Positions 46,700 to 55,694 of a stretch of 64,000 nt of DNA are shown here, in pieces. Numbering within the stretch: the stretch's first letter is position 1; each line of letters begins with the position of its first letter. Under the pieces are notes generated by a model. It saw only the letters and a program-made list of their open reading frames with translations, was not told where the DNA came from and did not search any database. Source of the DNA: Clostridia bacterium (GTDB taxonomy: Bacteria > CBDUZB01 > JAGLHV01); contig DAOVVV010000004.1 in the NCBI GenBank assembly GCA_030637025.1, forward strand, positions 1 to 64,000, written 5' to 3'. A program made the position numbers and the translations under genes.

Positions 46700-48256
46700 A
46701 TGGAAGAAACAAATTACGATTGTATTATAATCGGTTCCGGTATGGGCGGGTTAACCTGTGGTGCATGGCTGGCCAAGCAGGGAAAGAAGGTTTTAGTTTT
46801 AGAGCACAATTTGAAATCAGGCGGATTATGTTCTACTTTTCACCGGGCCGGATTTAATTTTAATCCAGCCGTTTCTATGATTTCAGGAATGGAATACGGC
46901 ACATTAGGAAAAACTCTTGAACTTTTAGGAATAAAAGATAATATCGAAGCTATCCCTATAAATCCTTTTATTAAGTTGTACTTCCCGGAACATACAATTG
47001 CCCTTCCTTCAGGAATTGCTGAATTTCAAAATGAATTATCTTCCCAATTTCCTCACGAAGCAAAAAATATAGCCCGATGCGTAGCCAAAATGGAAAAATT
47101 ATACACCCAATTAGACGAGGTTAAATTTTTAGGAACTAATTTCTTTAATCCTATGGAACTTATTGGCCTCTACACTAAGGTTGTTTTTCCCCGGCTGGGA
47201 ATTGTCTGGGCTACTTTCCAGAGTGTATCTACTTTTTTAAATAGTTATTTGAAAGACCCAAAACTAATCGCTATTTTAAGTTCCCTTACTCATTTTTTTA
47301 TGGGTGCTGACCCTTCAAAAACAGCAGTATTACCTTTCATCTGTTTTTTAATGAGCTTTGTAAAAGACGGATGTTACTACATTAAGGGCGGTCCACAGGA
47401 ATTGGCAAACGCTTTAGAAAATAGTATCAGAAACAAAGGGGGAGAGGTTTTATTTCAAACGGAAGTAGAAAAAATAATTATTGAAGATAATACAGCCTGT
47501 GGAGTCCGGACCGTAGACGGCAGGGAATTTAGAGCACCCAACATTGTTTCTAATGCCGATGCCAAAACAACTTTATTATCGATGGTCGGAGAAGACAACC
47601 TCAAAAAGTGGTATCTTAAATGGTTTAATAGATTTAAAATAAGCCCTTCTTTCTTCATGACTTTTCTGGGATTAAATACCAACCTTAAAGAAAAAGGTTT
47701 CATCCCGGCAATGTACCTATACAGTCCCAGTTATACTTATGTAGAAGATTTTTATCAGGATGTAGAGGGAAATATGCTTTCAGAAGACGGCTCTTTTTCT
47801 TTACCTTTATTCTCTTTATCCGACCCCACCTCTGCTCCGGAAGGAATGAATGCGGTGGCCATTGAAACACTGGGAATTCCCTATAAAGTCAACCAGGGAT
47901 GGGAATCTTTAAAAAATCAAATGATGGATATCCTCATAAAAAGAGTAGAAAAAAGATTAATCCCGGAACTTTCGTCTTACATTGTACTTAAAGAAGCAGG
48001 AAGCCCTTTGACTGCTGAAAAATATATTAAGAATTATGAAGGAACTGCTTCCTCATGGGAAGACACCATTTTTCAATCCGGTATTTTTCGCTTGAACCAG
48101 ACCAACCCGATAAAAAACTTATTTTTGACCGGACACGGGAGTAAACCGGGAGGAGGAATAGGAGGAACATTACTTTCCGGTTTACAAGTGGCTAAAAGAA
48201 TTTTAGAAAAAGAAAAAATAAATAGCGGTTTAAGCGTAAATGATTTTACCGAATAA
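46700..48256 (+). CDS. FAD-dependent oxidoreductase (phytoene desaturase/retinol saturase family)
   Basis: IIGSGMGG, VLVLE...GG, KGG, VSNAD, NLFLTG...PGGG. Confidence 0.88.
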   Translation: MEETNYDCIIIGSGMGGLTCGAWLAKQGKKVLVLEHNLKSGGLCSTFHRAGFNFNPAVSMISGMEYGTLGKTLELLGIKDNIEAIPINPFIKLYFPEHTIALPSGIAEFQNELSSQFPHEAKNIARCVAKMEKLYTQLDEVKFLGTNFFNPMELIGLYTKVVFPRLGIVWATFQSVSTFLNSYLKDPKLIAILSSLTHFFMGADPSKTAVLPFICFLMSFVKDGCYYIKGGPQELANALENSIRNKGGEVLFQTEVEKIIIEDNTACGVRTVDGREFRAPNIVSNADAKTTLLSMVGEDNLKKWYLKWFNRFKISPSFFMTFLGLNTNLKEKGFIPAMYLYSPSYTYVEDFYQDVEGNMLSEDGSFSLPLFSLSDPTSAPEGMNAVAIETLGIPYKVNQGWESLKNQMMDILIKRVEKRLIPELSSYIVLKEAGSPLTAEKYIKNYEGTASSWEDTIFQSGIFRLNQTNPIKNLFLTGHGSKPGGGIGGTLLSGLQVAKRILEKEKINSGLSVNDFTE

Positions 48257-48350
48257 CTAATTTTCAAATTTTTCTTATTATTTGGAGAGTTATATTTAAA
48301 AAAATATCCTATAAACTTTTTTTCTAAATAATATATCAGGAGTTTGTGTT

Positions 48351-48719
48351 ATGCCTATTAAAGTTAAATTAAGTGAAGTTGATCCTCAAAAAGTCAGAAA
48401 AGCTTTATCTCAGGCCAAAGAAATCTGTATGCGATGTTCTTTAGAAAAAAAACATTGCGAAACTTGTTATATTAGCCTTGCTGTGCAGGCTTTGCAATCT
48501 TTTTTAGAGGAAAAAGACTTTAATATGTCCATTGATTGGAAAGTATTAAGCAACCAACACCCATTTGACCGACAAAAAATGCTAATACTCTTAGGAACAT
48601 TGGAAGATATTTGTCTTCACTGCGGAATATTACATATTGATGAGTGTTTTGTTAATATATCTATTCAGGTAGTACAACTACTTCTGTTTGGTAAGATTAT
48701 TCCGCGGGAATATGTTTAA
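48351..48719 (+). CDS. Small Cys/His-rich putative metal-binding protein
   Basis: Two internal repeats, CMRC...HCETC and CLHC...HIDEC. Confidence 0.65.
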   Translation: MPIKVKLSEVDPQKVRKALSQAKEICMRCSLEKKHCETCYISLAVQALQSFLEEKDFNMSIDWKVLSNQHPFDRQKMLILLGTLEDICLHCGILHIDECFVNISIQVVQLLLFGKIIPREYV

Positions 48720-48731
48720 ATCCGGTATTGC

Positions 48732-49952
48732 CTACCTTCTTTTAAAACTTTTGTTTAAATTATGTATATTATCTGCTATTTGTTTGATAACATCCCCCAG
48801 GGCTAAACCCTGTTCCATTGTTTCTGTTACTTTACCAGAAATCTCAACGGTATTTTCCACATCTTTTACTTGTTGATTGGAAATCAAGACTGTCTTTTGA
48901 ATAACATTGGCAATTTCCTCTATACTTACTGATGATTTGCCCATTGTTTCAGCTATCTTTTGATTTAAATCAAAAATATTTTTATTACCTACAAAAACTC
49001 TTTCTATATCTTTTTTCATTTGACTAACTTTCTGAAAGTTTAGATGAATCCTTTCCACAATAGCATCTATTCCTGAAATCATGTTTTCTGTATCTGTTTG
49101 AGTATTTACTGCTAATTTAGAAATTTCCCGAGCAAAATTAGCCGTATTTCCCGCAAGTTTACGTACCTCTTCGGCCACCACCGAAAATCCTTGTCCGGCT
49201 TCACCAGCCTGAGACGCTTCTATCGCAGCATTCAAGGCCAGTACATTCGTCTGATTGGTAATCCTTTTTATCGATTTTCCTATCTCCTTTATTTGCTCTG
49301 TTTTTTTCTTAAACTCCCTTACCCCATTAGCTAAATCTTCCACTTTTGTTTGGTTAATATCCATCATTTTAACAAATTTATCTGTAAATTCGTTCATTCT
49401 GGTAACCAAATCCAAAGTACTGGTAGTAATCTCTGCTGCTGTTTGAACGGATTGAATCACTTCTTTAATCGCCGTAGAAATTTGCTGGCTATCACTGGAA
49501 ATGGATTTAATTAATTGGGCTTGTTTTGCAGAACTTTGAGCTACTTTTTTCACTAAACTAGTTACTTCTTCCGGAAGATGAGAAGAATTCTGACTAACTT
49601 TAGTCAGTTCCGTTGAATAAGCGGTTAACGAATTAGCAACTCTATACATCGGAAAAATATATTTTTTAAAAAACCACACAAGCTCTTCTTCTTTTTCTAA
49701 AAACCCCATCACATTAATTTTATTTCCCGTTATTTTTCCTAATTGCTCCATAACCTTTCTCTTCTCATCCATTAAAGGGCCATAAATTAAGTTCTTCCAA
49801 AACAAAGAACAAGCCCCAATATATAATAAAGCAATTATTATTATTAACCAGCCATTCATTTGCCGTGAAAATAAAAAAGCAATACCCATACAGGAAAACC
49901 CTATACTCCCGATAATAAAAATAATATTTTGATTATAATGTTTTCTTTCCAT
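48732..49952 (-). CDS. Methyl-accepting chemotaxis-like protein
   Basis: [34 protein letters not shown]. Confidence 0.93.
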   Translation of the reverse strand: MERKHYNQNIIFIIGSIGFSCMGIAFLFSRQMNGWLIIIIALLYIGACSLFWKNLIYGPLMDEKRKVMEQLGKITGNKINVMGFLEKEEELVWFFKKYIFPMYRVANSLTAYSTELTKVSQNSSHLPEEVTSLVKKVAQSSAKQAQLIKSISSDSQQISTAIKEVIQSVQTAAEITTSTLDLVTRMNEFTDKFVKMMDINQTKVEDLANGVREFKKKTEQIKEIGKSIKRITNQTNVLALNAAIEASQAGEAGQGFSVVAEEVRKLAGNTANFAREISKLAVNTQTDTENMISGIDAIVERIHLNFQKVSQMKKDIERVFVGNKNIFDLNQKIAETMGKSSVSIEEIANVIQKTVLISNQQVKDVENTVEISGKVTETMEQGLALGDVIKQIADNIHNLNKSFKRR

Positions 49953-50307
49953 TTCTTTTTAATTCTCCCCTATCAAAGAATAAAGATACAACCCTTCTCC
50001 TATGAATATCTTTAATGAAAAACTTTTTCCTTATATTTTTTTTTCTGTAATTATTAAAGCATATTTTTATTTAAAAATCCAGCAAATTATTTAAAATTAT
50101 TTGGAGAGTGCAGGCATAAAACATCTACCTAAGTAAACTAAACTATTTAGCTACAGAGGATTATAAAAAGTCAAAAGGATACCTTGAGCCTAACCCTGTC
50201 CGGATTCTACGAAAAATGTATTGACTTTTTAAAATGAATTTTATATTATAAACACCTGTTTAATCATTTGGATAAATTAAATTTTCTTTAAACTAAAGGA
50301 AAAATTC

Positions 50308-51423
50308 TTGAAATTCTGGATAAAATTATTTCTATTCGTTTTTATTGCCTTATTTCTGATAGGGTTCTTTTTTAAAATTGTTGCCGGAAAATTTGTTTAT
50401 AATTTAGTCGTAAAAAATATTCCGGAATTAACCGATACAAAAATTGATTTAAAAAGTGTAAATGTATCTTTTTTAAAAGGGAAAATTTCTTTTAATGGAT
50501 TAGCTATCGGTGATCTATCTGTTCCTTCTAATAAAATAATATTCGTTAAAAAATTCTGGGTAAATGTCGGGGTTTTTTCTCTTTTAAAAGGAAATTTAGT
50601 TTTTCAGGAAATATTTTTTTATCAACCGGTAATAAACATTGAGCATCCAAGATTTAATGAATTATTTTCCTTTTTAACCGGGACAATAAAAACAACAACC
50701 AGGGAAGAGACAAAAAGAATTTCTTGTTCCTCCTTAATTCCTTTAACTATAAAAAGAATTATCTTACAAAAAGGAACACTTGTTCTTAACGGTTTTCCTG
50801 ATAAAAAGCAATTTTTGCTAATTGATAAACTAAATTGCTTAATTGAAAATATAAGCACAAAAAATTTAGCGGTAAAATTCGATTTGAAAGGAGAAATTCC
50901 TTCTTCTTCCAAAGGGAATATTTCCTGTAAAGGAAAATTTAAAGCTATTAGCCAGGAAGTAAATTTAACCGGTGAGATTAAAGCAAAAAATATTTATTTA
51001 CCTTATTTTAATTCGCTTTTTGAACCAAACAACAATTTTAATATAGAAAATGGACTTTTACAACTTCATTCTAATATTCAATGCCAAAATAACTGGTTAG
51101 TTTCCAGCAATTTAGTTACCCTGGAAAATTTGTACATTAGTTTCCCTCAAGGGAAAAAAGAGAAACATAAAATTTTTGGTTTACCGGTAAAAATTGTAAC
51201 TAATTTTTTTAAAACAGATAAAATTTCTTTTAATTTACCGATAAGCGGCGATATTCGGGACCCACAATTTGGATTTTCTACCGCTATCAGTCAAATGCTC
51301 TTAAAAGCATTTAAAGAAAAATTTAAAGACAGCACAGCTAAGACTCTTTCTAAAAAAATGGGAAGAAAGATTGGCGGAAAAATCGACAAGTTGTTTAGGG
51401 AACTTTTTAATCTAAAAAAATAA
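50308..51423 (+). CDS. DUF748/AsmA-like protein
   Basis: N-terminal TM, beta-rich body, FNLPISGDIRDPQF motif. Confidence 0.78.
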   Translation: MKFWIKLFLFVFIALFLIGFFFKIVAGKFVYNLVVKNIPELTDTKIDLKSVNVSFLKGKISFNGLAIGDLSVPSNKIIFVKKFWVNVGVFSLLKGNLVFQEIFFYQPVINIEHPRFNELFSFLTGTIKTTTREETKRISCSSLIPLTIKRIILQKGTLVLNGFPDKKQFLLIDKLNCLIENISTKNLAVKFDLKGEIPSSSKGNISCKGKFKAISQEVNLTGEIKAKNIYLPYFNSLFEPNNNFNIENGLLQLHSNIQCQNNWLVSSNLVTLENLYISFPQGKKEKHKIFGLPVKIVTNFFKTDKISFNLPISGDIRDPQFGFSTAISQMLLKAFKEKFKDSTAKTLSKKMGRKIGGKIDKLFRELFNLKK

Positions 51424-51431
51424 GTACTCAT

Positions 51432-51508
51432 GGCGGTGTAGCTCAGTCTGGCAGAGCAAGCGGCTCATACCCGCTATGTCGGGGGTTCAAATCCCTCCGC
51501 CGCTACCA
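51432..51508 (+). tRNA. tRNA-Met (CAT), probably elongator
   Basis: Cloverleaf: GGCGGTG acceptor, AGCGG-CT-CAT-AC-CCGCT anticodon arm, TTCAAAT, ACCA. Confidence 0.92.
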
Positions 51509-51520
51509 AAAAAATTATAT

Positions 51521-51595
51521 GGGCGGGTAGCTTAGAGGGATAGCGCTGCCTTTACACGGCAGAGGTCGGAGGTTCGAGTCCTCTTCCGCCCACCA
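51521..51595 (+). tRNA. tRNA-Val (TAC)
   Basis: CTGCC-TT-TAC-AC-GGCAG anticodon arm, GGTTCGAGT, ACCA. Confidence 0.95.
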
Positions 51596-51612
51596 TCTTT
51601 AAAATGTAAGTC

Positions 51613-51641
51613 TTGTAATTTATTTATTTTTTAAGTATAAT
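51613..51641 (+). promoter_or_regulatory. Promoter for tRNA-Asp
   Basis: TTGTAA-17 bp-TATAAT. Confidence 0.6.
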
Positions 51642-51649
51642 TAAATTGT

Positions 51650-51728
51650 GGGGACGTGGTGTAGCCTGGTTCAACATGCTGCCCTGTCAAGGCAGAGATC
51701 GCGAGTTCGAATCTCGTCGTCCCCGCCA
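51650..51728 (+). tRNA. tRNA-Asp (GTC)
   Basis: GGGGACG/CGTCCCC acceptor stem, CTGCC-CT-GTC-AA-GGCAG, TTCGAAT, GCCA. Confidence 0.95.
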
Positions 51729-51732
51729 GTTT

Positions 51733-51775
51733 AAGAAAAGGGGTCAGAGAGAAAATCACTCTGACCCTTTTTCTT
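51733..51775. terminator. Bidirectional intrinsic terminator
   Basis: AAGAAAAGGGGTCAGAG-loop-CTCTGACCCTTTTTCTT between convergent transcripts. Confidence 0.8.
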
Positions 51776-51837
51776 ATCGTTCTTTCAGTTTAATGTTAAA
51801 ATCCAACGATGAAATTTATCTGCTCCATTACAAAATC

Positions 51838-52722
51838 TTATTTAACATTTTTATGCTCTAAAGGAACAAACCGGTGATTTATTAATGTCGGTGAAACATA
51901 CCAAAGTCTAAACCCTAAAGGTCTCTCATCCCTATTCTTACTGGTCGTTTCGCCGGTTACCAGTTGAATACCCTCATAGTCGTTAACAATTAGCTTATGT
52001 ATGTGTCCTGTAAGATAGGCAACAACTCCTCTTTTTTTCATCAGGGATAATAATTTTTTTCTTTTTTTTAAAGGCAAATTATTCTTACCCTCTTTTTCGT
52101 CAGAACTTTTCAAATATAGAGGATAGTGTCCTACCAAAAAAATCGGCCTTCTTTTCTTACTTGCGCCCTGCAACGATCTTTTAAACCATCTATCATGTTT
52201 TTTTGATTCACCTTTAAGCGGCGATTTCCATAATTGTGTATTAACGATAACGAAAGTGTATCCTTTATGCTCAAATGAATAGTAATCCTCACCTATGAAT
52301 TTACGATATCGCTGTAATGTCGCCCGTGTCGGTATATAGCCAATATCATTATTTCCAACAGCACAATAGCACGGCACAAGTAATTCCTTTTTAATTTTGT
52401 TGAAATCTGCAAATAATTGTAATTGCTCGTCATCATCCTCTTCATCAACTAAGTCACCACAAATAACTACAAAATCCGGTTTAAGAATATTAATCTGTTT
52501 CACAGCCTGCCTAAATGATTTAATGTCGTGTTGATACCCACCACATCCTAATTGTGTATCGCATATCTGCACAAACGTAAAACCCTTTGTCTGGGAACTC
52601 TGTTTTGCCAATACAGGACAAAACAATAAAACTACTACTATTCCCACAACAGTACTGACGAAAAAATTACGACAACTAAAATTTTTCTTCATCCTATAAA
52701 ACTCCAAATCGGAAAAATACAT
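51838..52722 (-). CDS. Calcineurin-like metallophosphoesterase (CPPED1-like)
   Basis: DTQLG, GDLVD, GNND, GHYP, GHIH; start uncertain. Confidence 0.88.
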   Translation of the reverse strand: MYFSDLEFYRMKKNFSCRNFFVSTVVGIVVVLLFCPVLAKQSSQTKGFTFVQICDTQLGCGGYQHDIKSFRQAVKQINILKPDFVVICGDLVDEEDDDEQLQLFADFNKIKKELLVPCYCAVGNNDIGYIPTRATLQRYRKFIGEDYYSFEHKGYTFVIVNTQLWKSPLKGESKKHDRWFKRSLQGASKKRRPIFLVGHYPLYLKSSDEKEGKNNLPLKKRKKLLSLMKKRGVVAYLTGHIHKLIVNDYEGIQLVTGETTSKNRDERPLGFRLWYVSPTLINHRFVPLEHKNVK

Positions 52723-52794
52723 TCATTCCGAATTTATTATGATATTTTACGAGATCCTCTGTCGTTACTGGTCCATCGCCTTCTCAGATAAAAA

Positions 52795-53250
52795 TTAGTG
52801 TAAGTTATTAACAGTTGTAGTTGCCTTATTTATTTGCCCATCCCCGGAAAAACAGGTTTTCTCTTTAATTTTTATTTCAATGGATGTAAGTTTCTCTTTT
52901 ATTGTATATGCATTTGTGATATCCGTTGATTTGCCTTCGCTATCTAAAAATATACGCTCTGTATGAAATATCAACACAAATATATATTCTCCTTTATCTC
53001 CTTTTGGCTTAGCATTAAAAAAATACGGGCCTAAACGTTTTCCCCCATATTTTTTATTTACATTTGATCCAATTCTACTGGGAGCCCAACCACTTTCAGC
53101 AATATCAAAAGTATTTATTATTATTTCTCTCAAAGCTGGTTTTTGATTTAGAAGCGGTTTTAATTCTTTCTCCAAACAAACAGATCCTCCGGCAAATACC
53201 TGAATTGCAAAAGAACTAAGTAATATTAAGATAATTAATATTTTTTTCAT
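52795..53250 (-). CDS. Hypothetical secreted protein
   Basis: Signal peptide, 151 aa. Confidence 0.7.
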   Translation of the reverse strand: MKKILIILILLSSFAIQVFAGGSVCLEKELKPLLNQKPALREIIINTFDIAESGWAPSRIGSNVNKKYGGKRLGPYFFNAKPKGDKGEYIFVLIFHTERIFLDSEGKSTDITNAYTIKEKLTSIEIKIKEKTCFSGDGQINKATTTVNNLH

Positions 53251-53697
53251 TTATTTTCCGTGACTAATTCTAATAATATGTCCGTCATTTTTAGATATTT
53301 CAGCTTCTGCTACTCCTCCTAACCACCCTTCAGGTAATGAACCCTCAATATACCAAACTCCTTCTTTCAAAAAAGCTTTATATGGCTTTTCCTTTTCAAT
53401 TTGCTCTTTCCCATAAATTGATATCCAAACAGCCTCTGCAATTTTAACCGCTGTTTCTTTATCAGGAACATACCCTTCTCCTGGTTTATAGTTATGATTT
53501 TTAGTTGCCCCGGTTTTATCGATAGCAGAAGATTCTTTGATTTCACTCCGGTGAATAAATCTAATATTTTTTGCACGTTCTTTATTATAAGCCCTAGTCA
53601 TACAAAAAGTCGAAAAACTCATCAATACCGCTACAATACTCATTAATATGAAACCTACATTTCTACGATTAGAACAACTTTGTTCTGTATTATTCAT
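53251..53697 (-). CDS. NTF2-fold immunity protein (YbbC/YhhH-like)
   Basis: GYVPDKETAVKIAEAVW...YG...KPY...W.IEG...GG...HGK. Confidence 0.8.
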   Translation of the reverse strand: MNNTEQSCSNRRNVGFILMSIVAVLMSFSTFCMTRAYNKERAKNIRFIHRSEIKESSAIDKTGATKNHNYKPGEGYVPDKETAVKIAEAVWISIYGKEQIEKEKPYKAFLKEGVWYIEGSLPEGWLGGVAEAEISKNDGHIIRISHGK

Positions 53698-53976
53698 TCT
53701 ATTTTTACCTCCTAATTAAATAAAAATACCTGCTATTTATTTTAATTCAATGGGAAAATTTAAACTTAATTTTTTTTATGTCAACCAAGTTAATATCATA
53801 TTATATTTTTCACCATAGTGTAAAGATTACTACATTTTTAAAAATTATTCAATAAAAACGGCAAAAATCTATCATGATTAATAAGAAGGAATCATTATTA
53901 TCCTTCCCGCCCAATACTTCGATTACACTCAGTACAAGTTCATTAGACAACTACATCAATTACGACACAATCTGTA

Positions 53977-54257
53977 AAGAGTTTTGCAAAATGACACATT
54001 CTGTCATTCCGCACTTGATGCGGAATCTAAAATGTGCTTAAAATATCAATAGATTCCTGCTTTCCAGACTGTGTCATAATCCCTTTTTTGGTAGTCGCAG
54101 GCTTTAGCCTGCGGAAAAGCTCCGACGATAACGCAGGCTAAAGCCTGCGGCTACCACCTGAAAATATGAGTTATGACACAGTCTGTTCGCAGGAATGACC
54201 CGTCTTATCCGCCTGAGGCGGAGCGGGCAGGCAAAAAGGCTATTTTGTAGAAGTCTA
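53977..54257. mobile_element. Nested MITE/REP composite
   Basis: Outer 10-bp direct repeat ACAATCTGTA; inner element 54065-54185 with 15-bp perfect TIR and TTC duplication; GTCATTCC- and GTAG-type REP pairs. Confidence 0.8.
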
Positions 54258-54306
54258 ACAATCTGTACCGTAAGAATGACAATCATTGAACAACCATTGT
54301 TTTAAT

Positions 54307-55383
54307 TCAAAAAATATTTGCAGTTATTATTCCCCCGCCAAGCACTACATCTTCCCGGTAAAAAACTACTGCCTGTCCGGGGGTAATGGCCCATTGAGGC
54401 TGGTCAAATTTTATTTTCAACTTGCCTTTATCTAAAGGTATTACCGTTGCCGGGGAAGGTAAATGACGATAGCGTATCTTTACATGAGCTTTAAAAGGTA
54501 ATTTTAATTTGTTTTTACTTATCCAATTTACGTTATCCGCAATCAATTCATCCTGATAAACATCTTCCTGGTTGCCTATGGTAATAGCATTATTGAGTTT
54601 ATCAATTTTAATTACATACAACGGGTGTTTATTAGCAATGCCTATTCCCTTACGCTGGCCAATAGTATAAAACATAATTCCCTGATGTTCACCAATAACT
54701 TTACCCTGTTTATTTAAAATATTCCCTGGATTTATTTTCTTCAGCCCCTGTCTTTTAAGAAAGTTTCGATAATCATTATCCGGAATAAAACATATTTCCT
54801 GTGACTCTGATTTTGTATCTACAGCTAACCTTAACTCCTGAGCCTTTTGCTTTATCTCTTTTTTGGAAAAATACCCCAGAGGCAATAAAATACATTTAAG
54901 TTGTTTTTGTTTTAGCCTATACAAAACATAAGATTGATCTTTGGTTAAATCTACTCCTCTTTTAAGTAAAAATTCTTTTTTCTCCTGATCATATTCTACC
55001 CGGGCATAATGTCCTGTAGCCAAATAATCAGCGTTGAGTTTTTTTGCTTTTTCCAACAAAACACCAAATTTTATATATTGATTACACCTTATGCAAGGAT
55101 TAGGAGTTCTTCCATTCTTATATTCTTTACAAAAATAAGTAATTATTTTCTTCTTAAAAAACTCTTCAAGATCTACTACATAATGACTAATCCCTAATTG
55201 CCCGGCTACCTCTTTGGCCTTCTTTACTACTTCCTCCCCAGCACCCCGGCCATCATGTTCATATTTTTTATTAATCTGCATAGTAATACCAATAACTTCA
55301 AAGCCTCTCTCTTTAAGCAAAGCCGCAGTTACTGAGGAATCCACTCCCCCGCTCATAGCCACTACTACTTTTTTTCTACGCAT
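54307..55383 (-). CDS. mnmA: tRNA 2-thiouridine synthase MnmA
   Basis: AMSGGVDSS, TPNPCIRCN, ATGHYA, KDQSY, ESQEICF, TPGQAVV. Confidence 0.97.
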   Translation of the reverse strand: MRRKKVVVAMSGGVDSSVTAALLKERGFEVIGITMQINKKYEHDGRGAGEEVVKKAKEVAGQLGISHYVVDLEEFFKKKIITYFCKEYKNGRTPNPCIRCNQYIKFGVLLEKAKKLNADYLATGHYARVEYDQEKKEFLLKRGVDLTKDQSYVLYRLKQKQLKCILLPLGYFSKKEIKQKAQELRLAVDTKSESQEICFIPDNDYRNFLKRQGLKKINPGNILNKQGKVIGEHQGIMFYTIGQRKGIGIANKHPLYVIKIDKLNNAITIGNQEDVYQDELIADNVNWISKNKLKLPFKAHVKIRYRHLPSPATVIPLDKGKLKIKFDQPQWAITPGQAVVFYREDVVLGGGIITANIF

Positions 55384-55694
55384 TTTATTTGTTTTAATCC
55401 CTCACTTTTAAAATTCTAAATAAATCTATAAAATAATTACTTATTTTGGTAAAAAATATAGGACACTGTAAAAATAAAGGAAACCGGTATTAAGAGTCAA
55501 ACCATATATACAAAAACGATATATTTAATTTAAGAATATTTTTATCGAAAACTGGACTTTTCTAAGAAACTAAACCGGCAGGCCTACTGAAAAAATTCTC
55601 TATAGACATTGCTCAAAAATACACTTTTTCAGTGGTAAACTTTGAAAACAAAAATCTAAAACAGCTACTCATTCTTTATCTTCTATGACTTTTT

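Noticed and set aside
51432-53700. tRNA-anchored genomic island or prophage
   Set aside because: No integrase and no duplicated tRNA 3' end found in the window.
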